A model generated the notes under the pieces. The model was given only the letters and a program-made list of their open reading frames with translations, did not search any database and had not been told where the DNA came from. The position numbers and the translations under genes were made by a program. Below are positions 30,723 through 45,400 of a stretch of DNA of 64,000 nt, in pieces (position 1 is the first letter of the stretch; the number at the start of each line of letters is the position of its first letter). The stretch is from a bacterium (GTDB lineage: Bacteria; UBA8248). The DNA lies in contig CBDCRP010000003.1 of the NCBI GenBank assembly GCA_965221165.1, positions 832,001 through 896,000 of the forward strand, read 5' to 3'.

Positions 30723-31405
30723 CGGGGAGAACTCCTAAGACCCGCGCCGGGTCGGTTTCCATCGTGATGTCCGCATCGAACGTCTCCTCGCAAAGGGGAA
30801 TCAACTCGCGCGCGAGTTCCGCCAGCGGAGGCGAATCCCCCAATAGTTTTTCGAGGGAAGTCACGCGTCCGTCCACCTCGCCGCAGGGGTGCATCATCTC
30901 GAAATATCTCAAATCAGGCGATGCGTTGAACGAAACCCCGTGCATCGTCACCCAGCGCCTCGCGCCCACGCCCAGGGCGAGAATTTTTTCATCACCCACC
31001 CACAGGCCCGGATTCCCCTGCCTTCTCTCGGCGCGGAATCCTTTTTTATCGAGATAGCGCCGAAAGACCTCCTCCAGCCGCCTGCAGTGGAGGTGCACGT
31101 CGCGCTCCCACTCGCGAAGATCGCATATGGCATAAAGCATCAATTGGCCCGGGCCGTGAAAGGTGACCTCGCCGCCCCGGTTGATTCGAACCAGGGGAAC
31201 CTCCGCGCCATCGACGGGAGAACGCCTGAGAAGCACGTTTTCCTCGGCTCCCCCTTTGCCCAGCGTCATGACCGGCTCATGCTCCAGGAAGAGAAAAACA
31301 TCCTCCCGGAGGCGGCCTTCGGCGCGCTCGGTCCACAAGCGCTTTTGCAAATCCCATGCCTCATGGAACGCCACCCGACCCAGGAAGACGGCCCTGACGG
31401 ATGGT

Positions 31406-31413
<8 letters not shown>
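30712..31413 (-). CDS. lipB: Octanoyltransferase LipB
   Basis: EH.PV.T.G, RGG.VTFHGPGQL, HG..FN and PCG motifs. Confidence 0.92.
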
Positions 31414-34837
<3,424 letters not shown>

Positions 34838-35002
34838 GTCTGCTCCTCGGGGGCGGTATCTAATGCGGGCCTGCTCTTTCTGGTTACTGCTTTTAGTGTA
34901 GCGCCTTCAGTTTACCGCTTTTGTCGTGCTCGTTGCATTTTATTTTGGTTTCGCAAGGGCGCATCCGGGATTTTTCGCTTTCTGCGGGGGTCTTCGCATG
35001 AA

Positions 35003-35368
35003 TCACCCGGCATACCCCAGAAGCTCGCTGATGTATCTGCCCGGCATCATGGCGAACCCGCCCGCGATGAGAGCGCCTATCATCGTGCCCGTCATGAACG
35101 CCGCATGCCTCCGCACATTTCCCCGCCGTATCGAGACCACCGCGACTATCATGCTGAAAATCGTCCATATCGTCAGCAAGTGAATCCAGCTGAATTCACC
35201 ATGGTTTAACTCTCGTATCCAAAAGGACGAGACCGTGACATAGGTCATCACGACGAGCCAGCACCAGCCGATGATGCGGTGCCTGCGCGTTCCCTTCGCA
35301 GAGGCCAGATTGACCATGCCGAGCCCGATCGCCAGCACCGCCAGAATGAGATGCGTCCATATCAGCAA
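35003..35368 (-). CDS. DUF2306-like membrane protein
   Basis: KGT..HR..G, SWIH.L, H...M and PGR motifs with four TM segments; TTG start after GGAGGT. Confidence 0.8.
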   Translation of the reverse strand: MLIWTHLILAVLAIGLGMVNLASAKGTRRHRIIGWCWLVVMTYVTVSSFWIRELNHGEFSWIHLLTIWTIFSMIVAVVSIRRGNVRRHAAFMTGTMIGALIAGGFAMMPGRYISELLGYAG

Positions 35369-35529
35369 GGTTTCACCTCCCACAAACCATAGACAACCCG
35401 CGCCGCACACTCGATGCGGAAACGCCCCTTCCGCGCCGCCTCATGGCCATGAACGCTCGCCTCCATAAGAAGCGAACCCAGGAAAAAGAGCGGAACCACA
35501 GCGAGCGAGGTCTTCAATACGCGATACAT
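35362..35529 (-). CDS. Small hypothetical protein (55 aa, signal-peptide-like N-terminus), below the ORF-track cutoff
   Basis: MYRVLKTSLAVVPLFFLGSLLMEASVHGHEAARKGRFRIECAARVVYGLWEVKPC*; its stop lies 1 nt after the downstream TTG start (TTGCTGA). Confidence 0.45.
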   Translation of the reverse strand: MYRVLKTSLAVVPLFFLGSLLMEASVHGHEAARKGRFRIECAARVVYGLWEVKPC

Positions 35530-35746
35530 TTCATGCAACCCCCAAAGAGAATTTCAGAAGCGATGTGAACCTCGAACAGCGGAAAATTTCACGGGCGCGA
35601 TGACGAGATAATTTCATGCAATCCATTGTTTCTAAAGCGTTAAAATCTACTCTCCTCGAATCGTTTATTCTTGTTTTTTATCCAAAAATGTCTAAAATTC
35701 AGGATAGCGTTCCTATCCCAAATACTCGATGAAAATTGGAGAAAAA

Positions 35747-36496
35747 ATGCGCAAATTTCTTCTCTTGATTATTATCGTCTTTTTGGCGGGATGTAAAACT
35801 TCATCCGACATGATTTCATCCGCCGGGTATTTCGACACGGGTGGCAGGACAACATATCAAGACAAAGACTGGAACGTTGAGTTTTATGAAAACTGTGATT
35901 TACCGGACTCCTCTTCGGTCCGATGGGTAACAGAAGGAAAAGAGACGTTCTTGCGCTTTAAACTGAAAAACAAACAGGTAGGAGGATGTAGTTCTGACGG
36001 AATACAAAGGCACGGCGCGCCATACTGGGAGCGGGCGGAAATAAAACAGGCGAGTACCTTGGCACAAGACGCAGACTATACTTTGACCTTCAAGGTTCGG
36101 TTCGTAAAGGGATTTTCCTACGAAAGAGAAGACTTTTTTCAAATGCATCAATCTGTTTCAGGTTGCAGAGTCGGCCCTCCTATGATGTTCAAATTTTCAA
36201 ATGAGCGTTTGACAGCTAAACGTTGGTATGAGCGCTTGAAAAGGAATGTCCACATCAATGAAGTCATCGGGAAATGGATAGACGTAAAGCTGGAGGTTAA
36301 TTTCACAGAATCACATTACAACCTGTATTTTAATGATGAAAAGCTCATAGACGAGGGAAATTTTAGTGTCACGTCATGCGGAGAGCCGCATTTCAAATTC
36401 GGAATCTACAGACCCGGCGACGAGGGGGCGACCGGCGAAAGAATCTCCGTATTGGATATCGACAAAATCAGATTGGTTAAGAAGAAGAAAAAGTAG
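35747..36496 (+). CDS. Polysaccharide-lyase-like (beta-jelly roll) lipoprotein
   Basis: Lipobox LAGC; ERAEI, FFQMHQ and HFKFGIYR motifs; AT-rich. Confidence 0.7.
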   Translation: MRKFLLLIIIVFLAGCKTSSDMISSAGYFDTGGRTTYQDKDWNVEFYENCDLPDSSSVRWVTEGKETFLRFKLKNKQVGGCSSDGIQRHGAPYWERAEIKQASTLAQDADYTLTFKVRFVKGFSYEREDFFQMHQSVSGCRVGPPMMFKFSNERLTAKRWYERLKRNVHINEVIGKWIDVKLEVNFTESHYNLYFNDEKLIDEGNFSVTSCGEPHFKFGIYRPGDEGATGERISVLDIDKIRLVKKKKK

Positions 36497-36532
36497 TTTT
36501 TTATTAACCTATTGACTTTTATTGCCTTCCGC

Positions 36533-38068
36533 TTACTCCCACTCGATCGTTCCCGGCGGCTTGGAGGAGACGTCGTACACCACGCGGTTCACGCCGCGCA
36601 CCTCGTTGATGATGCGCGATGAGGCCTCGGCCAGCAAATCCGGCGGAAGCCTGGCCCAGTCCGCCGTCATCCCGTCCTGGCTGGTGACGGCCCTGAGCGC
36701 GAGAGCGTTCTCATAGGTTCTCGCATCGCCCATCACGCCCACGGTATTCACGGGCAGCAACACGGCGAACGCCTGCCAGACCTTGTAGTAGTGATCGTGC
36801 TTGCGGAGCGTTTCGATGAAAATGGCGTCCGCTTCCTGTAAGGTTTTCACGCGCTTCTCCGTCACCTCGCCCAAAACGCGCACGGCGAGGCCGGGTCCGG
36901 GGAACGGATGCCGCCAGAGCATCTCGCGGGGCAGTCCCAGTTCCTCTCCCGCCTCGCGCACTTCGTCCTTGAACAACTCGCGCAGGGGTTCGATGAGCGC
37001 GAGCCGCATCCACTTGGGCAGTCCTCCCACGTTGTGGTGGCTTTTTATCGTCGCCGAAGGCCCCTTGAACGAAACGCTTTCGATGACGTCGGGGTAGAGC
37101 GTTCCCTGGGCCAGGAATTTCACGTCGCCCAGCTTCTTCGCCTCGCGCTCGAACACGCGGATGAAGATCTCGCCGATTCTCTTTCTCTTGGCTTCCGGGT
37201 GCGTGACGCCGCGCAGCGTGCTCAGGAATTCCCCGCTCGCGTCCACGTGGATGAGGTTCAACCTTTCGCCGAAGGTCGACACCACGCTTTCGGCCTCGTT
37301 TTTTCTGAGCAGGCCGTTGTCCACGAAGATGCAGGTGAGCCGCTCGCCTATCGCCTCCTTGACGAGCATCGCCGTGACGGAGGAATCCACGCCGCCCGAG
37401 AGGCCGCACACCACGCGCTTCGGCCCCACCTGCTCCCTGATGCGCTCGACCGCCTCCTCGATGAAGGAGCGCATCGTCCAGTCGCTCGCGCATCCGCAAA
37501 TCCTGCGCACGAAATTGTAGAGAATCTCCTTGCCCCGCGGGGTGTGCGCCACTTCCGGGTGAAACTGTATGCCGTAGCGCCGTCCATCGTCGGACATCAT
37601 CGCCGCCACGGGCGACCCCTCCGAGCGCGCGAGCGACCTGTAGCCGGGCGGCGGCGCTTCTATCGTGTCTCCATGACTCATCCAGACGGTCTCGTCGCCA
37701 GAGGAGCCGAGAAAAATACCGACGGACTCCTCAACCTCCACCTGCGCGCGTCCGAATTCCCTTTTGGGATAAGGGCCGACCTTTCCGCCGAGAAGGTGGG
37801 TCATGAGCTGCATGCCGTAGCAAATCCCCAAAATGGGGAATTCGCCCTCGAACAGCGCAGGGTCGACCGAGGGAGAGCCGTTCTCGTACACGCTGTTCGG
37901 CCCGCCCGAGAGGATGACGCCTTTCGTGTGCGGGCCCGTTATCTCGCGCCAATCCCGGGTGCATGGTTGAATCTCGCAATACACGTTCAACTCCCGAACG
38001 CGCCGGGCGATGAGTTGCGTATACTGCGAGCCGAAATCGAGAATGAGTATCTGGTCGCGCATCGTCAT
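36533..38068 (-). CDS. guaA: GMP synthase (glutamine-hydrolysing)
   Basis: [43 protein letters not shown] and KPPGTIEWE motifs. Confidence 0.98.
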   Translation of the reverse strand: MTMRDQILILDFGSQYTQLIARRVRELNVYCEIQPCTRDWREITGPHTKGVILSGGPNSVYENGSPSVDPALFEGEFPILGICYGMQLMTHLLGGKVGPYPKREFGRAQVEVEESVGIFLGSSGDETVWMSHGDTIEAPPPGYRSLARSEGSPVAAMMSDDGRRYGIQFHPEVAHTPRGKEILYNFVRRICGCASDWTMRSFIEEAVERIREQVGPKRVVCGLSGGVDSSVTAMLVKEAIGERLTCIFVDNGLLRKNEAESVVSTFGERLNLIHVDASGEFLSTLRGVTHPEAKRKRIGEIFIRVFEREAKKLGDVKFLAQGTLYPDVIESVSFKGPSATIKSHHNVGGLPKWMRLALIEPLRELFKDEVREAGEELGLPREMLWRHPFPGPGLAVRVLGEVTEKRVKTLQEADAIFIETLRKHDHYYKVWQAFAVLLPVNTVGVMGDARTYENALALRAVTSQDGMTADWARLPPDLLAEASSRIINEVRGVNRVVYDVSSKPPGTIEWE

Positions 38069-38297
38069 CTTCGGATAGAGCAGAACGAACCGCCTATCCT
38101 CCCTCCACTTTCAAGCCCGTTCGAAGTCGGGCCATCGGCCAGCATCCCCGCGCGGGTGCGTATGAACCGGAAAACCCGTCATCCGGCCACCCTGCGCGTT
38201 CGTCTTTTTAGGCGATGGGCGAAGCACTCATGCGCTCATCTGCGCGCGCACCCGCACCGACTCTAACGGGCATCGCCCTGGATATACCCTCTATCAA

Positions 38298-39977
<1,680 letters not shown>

Positions 39978-40094
39978 TTAGAAGGAAGCGGCATCAAAAG
40001 CCCTCCTTGATAGCCCTCCTATTTCTTGCCGCGCCATTGTGTTGCGCGCGCGCGCGGGTGTCAAGAGCCTCCCCGGTTTCGCGCGAGAATCGGC

Positions 40095-42017
40095 TCAACT
40101 TCGCAGAAAGCGCCTTCGCACGAGGCCTGCGCCCATCACCAGCATGACGGGCCGCCCGTGCGGGCAGGTCCATCTGCCCGGTGTTTTCTCGAGTTCCTCG
40201 ACGAGGGAGGCCACTTCTTCGGGGCGCATGGCCTGCGCCGCTTTCACGGCGCCCCGGCAACTCATTCTCGCGATGATGCCGTCGATCAGATCGGCGAAGC
40301 TCACGGGCTGCTCCAGATCCGCCAGACCCTCTACAATCTGGCGCACCGCTCCGGCAGGATTCCTGTCCGCCAAAAGCGCGGGCACGGCCCGAATCCGGTA
40401 TTCCCCGGGACCCGCGCACTCGAGTTCGAACCCCGAGCGCAGCAGATCTTCACGATGCGCCTCGAGGCCGAGCGCCTCTTCGGGCCTCAGGCGAATCTCC
40501 TCCGGCACCAGACACGCCTGGCTATCCACGCGCCCATCCTTGAACTGATCGCGAAACCGGTTGTAGAGCACCCGCTCGTGCGCGGCGTGCTGATCGACGA
40601 GCACAAGCCCCTGCCGAGAGCCGAACAACAAAAAGCACTCCTCCCATTGACCAAGATAGCGGCACTCGGAGAGGACCACGGGATCGGCCGGATGGGGCGG
40701 CTCGAGGGTGCGCTCGAGCGGCGAGGGCGCGGGGGATTCTGGCGGGGAGGCCGGAAGCCCAGGCGGCTCGGGGTCCACCGGCCCGGCGTCGGGTGTGGGC
40801 CGCGAGGCGTCGAGTGTAGACCGCCCGGCGTCGGGCGGTCTCTCGGCACAGACGCCATAATCTCCAGTGGCTCCATAATCGCCAAAGTACCCGCCGCCGC
40901 CCAACAAAGAGGGAGCCGGCGGTCGGGTGGGGAGCGACGCGTCGGTCCCCTCGGCAAGACTGCCCGGCGCCGCGCGGCCTACGTCCTGGTGGGCGAAATC
41001 CCGCCGTACTCTTTGGGGCCGCGCGCCCAAAACGGCGGCGACGCTCTCGCGCACCAGATCGTAGACGCTCGATGCGAAGCGGAAGCGCACTTCCTGCTTG
41101 GCGGGATGGGCGTTCACGTCCACGTCCTCGGGCGGCATCTCCAGAAAAAGGATGAAGACGGGGTGGCGCTTCACCGGCATGAAGCTGCGGTAGGCCGCAT
41201 ACGCCGCATGGACGAAAAGACGATCCCGGATGGGGCGTCCGTTCACGAAGAGATACTGCGCGTCGCGGGTGGAGCGGTTCAGGCCGGGCGCGCCCGCCCA
41301 GCCGCCGAACATCATGTTTTCGGATGAGGCGCGCGGAATCTTCAGCAGATGCGAGGCCGCCGCCTCACCCACGAGTTCCACAGCGCGCGCCAGAGCTCCC
41401 CCTGAGCCGTCCAGATCGAGCAGCGTTCTCCTGCCGTGGCGCAGGGTGAACGCGACGTTCGGGTTCGCCATGGCCGCCTGGTTCGCCACCTCCAGGCAGC
41501 GGGTGAGTTCGGTTTCTTTTCTTTTCAGGAATTTACGCCTCGCGGGCACGTTATAGAACAACGAGCGCACATCGACCCTGGTGCCGGGCGCGGCGCCCAT
41601 CTCCGTGACGCGCTGAAGCTTCCCGCCCTCCACGCGCACCTCCGTGCCCAGGGCATCCCCCGGCCTTCTGGTGGTAATGGTCATTTTCGAGACCGAGGCG
41701 ATACTCGGCAGCGCCTCCCCCCGGAAGCCCAGGGTGGCCACGCGACCCAGATCCCAATCCGTCGCTATCTTGCTCGTCGCGTGCCGCTCGAGACACAAGA
41801 GCGCGTCGTCCTCGCTCATGCCGTGCCCGTCGTCGACCACCTGAACACGCGCGGAGCCGCCCGATTCCAGGTCGATTTCCACCCGCTCGGCGCCTGCGTC
41901 GATACTGTTTTCCACCAACTCCTTGAGGACGGAGGCAGGGCGCTGCACCACTTCGCCCGCGGCGATCTGGTTCGCGAGCGATTCGGGCAGTATGCGTATG
42001 CGTGATACTTGTTTCAT
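40095..42017 (-). CDS. mutL: DNA mismatch repair protein MutL
   Basis: NQIAAGEVV.RP, GFRGEALPSI, DQHAAHER, SCR and CPHGRP motifs (endonuclease-type MutL). Confidence 0.97.
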   Translation of the reverse strand: MKQVSRIRILPESLANQIAAGEVVQRPASVLKELVENSIDAGAERVEIDLESGGSARVQVVDDGHGMSEDDALLCLERHATSKIATDWDLGRVATLGFRGEALPSIASVSKMTITTRRPGDALGTEVRVEGGKLQRVTEMGAAPGTRVDVRSLFYNVPARRKFLKRKETELTRCLEVANQAAMANPNVAFTLRHGRRTLLDLDGSGGALARAVELVGEAAASHLLKIPRASSENMMFGGWAGAPGLNRSTRDAQYLFVNGRPIRDRLFVHAAYAAYRSFMPVKRHPVFILFLEMPPEDVDVNAHPAKQEVRFRFASSVYDLVRESVAAVLGARPQRVRRDFAHQDVGRAAPGSLAEGTDASLPTRPPAPSLLGGGGYFGDYGATGDYGVCAERPPDAGRSTLDASRPTPDAGPVDPEPPGLPASPPESPAPSPLERTLEPPHPADPVVLSECRYLGQWEECFLLFGSRQGLVLVDQHAAHERVLYNRFRDQFKDGRVDSQACLVPEEIRLRPEEALGLEAHREDLLRSGFELECAGPGEYRIRAVPALLADRNPAGAVRQIVEGLADLEQPVSFADLIDGIIARMSCRGAVKAAQAMRPEEVASLVEELEKTPGRWTCPHGRPVMLVMGAGLVRRRFLRS

Positions 42018-42300
42018 AAGGGATTCCTCGTGTTTCCTGACAAATCAACTTCTCTCATTTCAAGAGAGATGTCAAGCACAAACCACAATATTTTGTGTCT
42101 ACAGGAATTTAGTTACGCCATATGATGGGATATTTGCCCGTTGCGGCGTTTTTGAGGCGTCCATGTGGATTTTGATTGCCCCGGTGTGCATTTTATGCCA
42201 TAGTTAGTGTCCCCAAGGTAGTAGATCGCCCATCATATAGTATCTGCACATAAAATCTGCAAAACCAAACACCCGACCTACAAATCAAAGTACGCACCTA

Positions 42301-42456
42301 TCGCCCGAGTAGTCTGCGGCTGCACCGCCAAAGCGAGCTTGCTCGTCTGGCGGCTTGAGCCTCGCGCCACCTGATAAAGGGGAGGTGGTGTGAACACGCG
42401 CGCGGTGAACAGGCAACCCGGGAACGAATCGAGCAATCAGGCGAAGGAGAGCCTGA
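42301..42456 (+). promoter_or_regulatory. Candidate structured 5' leader / cis-regulatory RNA
   Basis: Closing stem plus two internal hairpins and a hairpin containing the SD sequence; found by manual pairing, family not recognised. Confidence 0.4.
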
Positions 42457-42459
42457 AAA

Positions 42460-45400
42460 TTGAAAAGTCAGATGATGATAGTAAGGAAAACGGGTGGAGC
42501 AGTTCCCCGCATTCGCCTTGTGCGGGCCACATCACGTCCGCGAAAGCGCCTCCGCGCGTTCGCCTCTTGCATCCTCGTGCTCTCGCTCTTCATCTATGCT
42601 TTCTACGCCATAAACTCCACGGCGCAGACAACGGAAATCTGGTCAAGGCAGATGACGGTGGGAGCCGAGGGAGGCAGGGGGTTATATGGATTTTCCGGCT
42701 CCAATTTTAATTTTACCGACCCCACCAAAGGCTACGGCAGTCTCGGAAACTTCAACGCCGAAACCAGCGAAGCCGGCGGCTACGGAGAGCGCAATTTTTA
42801 CATCGGCCCTAAATCCTTCTACATCGAATACATCAGGTGGACCAGCTACTGCCTGTATTTCGGCCTCAACCGGCAATTGCCGGATGACAACTACGGCGAT
42901 GGCAGCGCGACGCCTATAGACGCCGCGAGCACCAGCAACCTGATTCTCCGCATCGGCGGGCGGGATTTCCATTTGGGCAACGCGAGGGCCGGCGCACCCT
43001 CGTTCTATGAATGGCCAGGCCCCCCCAACCTTCCTCTGAGCGCGGGCGGTTCGTTCACCGCCAGCCTCAGAACGGGCGAGGCTTTGAACCTGGACAGGAT
43101 CGATACCAGCATGTGCCGCAGCAACGGCAACGGCGGCAACCCGGACAACGGAACTCCACGGGTGGTGAGTCTGGAGTTGGTTCCCGATCCGATTTCGGAG
43201 AATGGCGGGTTCAGCACGGTGCGGGCGAGCGTCTCGCCGGCGTCCGCGACGCCGTTCACGGTGACGATCTCCGCGCAAGCGGTATCGCCTGCTACTTCGG
43301 GTGATTTCACCCTGAGCGGAAACACCACCCTGAATTTCGCGGCGGGAGCGACCCAGAGTTCGGGGACGGTGACGATCGCGGCGATGAACAACAACATGGA
43401 CGCGCCGAACAAGAGCGTACGGGTCTCGGGGAGCGTGAGCGGCGGGACGAACGTGACGGCCCCTGAAGACGTGTTCCTCACGATCACCGACGATGATGGC
43501 TCGCCGACGGGTCTCGCGCTCTCGGTGTCTCCGGATTCGGTGGCCGAGAACGGAGGATCGAGAACTCTTAGCGTGACGGCGACGCTGACCGGCGGGGCCG
43601 CACGGTCCGTGGCCACGGAGGTGACGCTGAGCGCCCTCGATGGGACCGCTACGAGCGCCGATTTCTCGGCCGGCACGGCGACGCTGGAAATTCCAGCGAA
43701 CAATCTCAGCGGAACGGGCACGCTGGCGCTGACGCCGACAAACGATCAGGTGGCCGAGGGCCCAGAGACGCTCACGATAAGAGGGACGGCGACGGGCCTC
43801 ACGCCCGGCGAGGCGACTATCACCATCACCGATGATGATGCGGCAACGCTCTCCGTGGGACCTGCAACGGTGAACGAGGGCGAGGCGGCGCACTTTACGG
43901 TGACGCTCTCGCGCGAGGCGGCGGCGGACGTGCAACTCAACTGGACGACGGAGGACGGGACGGCCACGGCGGGCTCGGACTACAGGGCAGCCTCGGGGCC
44001 GCTCACCATCTCCGCCGGGCAGACGAGCGCGACGATAAGCGTGACGACGCTGGAGGACTTTGTAACTGAAGAGACGGAGGCCTTCACGGTGCGTATCACC
44101 GCGCCGAATCTACCGCCCGGGGTGAGCCTCGGGACGGAGAGCGCGACGGGGACGATCAACGACGACGAGGCCGCGCCGGTGGTGAGCCTGATCCTGGGCC
44201 CGGATTCAATTTCAGAAAACGGCGGCGTCAGCGCGGTGCGGGCGAGCGTCTCGCCGGCGTCCGCGACGCCGTTCACGGTGACGGTCTCCGCGCAAGCGGT
44301 ATCGCCTGCTACTTCGGGTGATTTCACCCTGAGCGGAAACACCACCCTGAATTTCGCGGCGGGAGCGACCCAGAGCACGGGAACGGTGATGATTCGGGCC
44401 GAGAACAACAACATGGACGCGCCGGACAAGAGTGTAGTGGTCTCGGGGAGCGTGAGCGGCGGGACGAGGGTGACGGTCCCTGCCGACGTGACCTTGGCCA
44501 TCACTGACGATGAAGGCTCGCCGACGGGGTTGACGCTCTCCGTGTCTCCGGATTCGGTGGCCGAGGGGGCGGGGTCGACGACCCTGAACGTGACGGCGAC
44601 GCTGACCGGCGGGGCCGCGCGGTCCGTGGCCACGGAGGTGACGCTGAGCGCCCTCGATGGGACCGCTACGAGCGCCGATTTCTCGGCCGGCACGGCGACG
44701 CTGGAAATTCCGGCGAACAATCTCAGCGGAACGGGCACGCTGGCGCTGACGCCGACGGATGACGCGATTGCCGAAAGCCCCGAAACGCTCACGATAAGAG
44801 GGACGGCGACGGGCCTCAGTGACGGCGAGGCGAGCATCACCATCACCGACAACGACACCCCGCCCGACGCACCCTTGAACCTCTCGGCCAGAGCGGGGGG
44901 GTCGTCGCGAATCGACCTCTCCTGGACTGCTCCAGAAGACAATGGCAGCCCCATCACCGGCTACAAGATCGAGGTTTCCGAGGATGAGGGATCGAACTGG
45001 GCTGATCTGGAGGCCGACACCAGTTCCCCCGCCGCGAGCTATGCCCACACCGGGCTTGCTCCCAACACCACGCGGCACTACCGCGTCTCGGCGATCAACG
45101 CCGCCGGCCCGGGCCAGGCATCGAACGTTGCGAACGCCACCACGCAAAGCGGGAACGGCGAGGACGACGGCGACGGCGGAAACAATGGCGGAAACATTGA
45201 AGGAGAAACTCCTCTTACGCCGATAACGCCGCCGCAGCTGCTTGACGTGACGGTGGACGGAAACAAGGTGGTGCTTACTTATAACGAGCCCCTGGACGAG
45301 GGGTCCGTGCCGGACCCGGGCGACTTCATGCTGAGTACGGGAGACGTCGAATCGGTCGACGTCAGTGGCCCACGAGTTACGCTGACCCTGGAATCGCCGA

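Noticed and set aside
38152-38255. Inverted repeat GCGGGTGCG/CGCACCCGC between guaB and guaA
   Set aside because: A 9-bp GC-rich match can arise by chance; no purine-riboswitch consensus seen
43162-44855. Repeat pair as a DGR template/variable repeat or CRISPR-like array
   Set aside because: Both copies are in-frame coding domains, the differences are not adenine-specific, and there is no reverse transcriptase or cas gene
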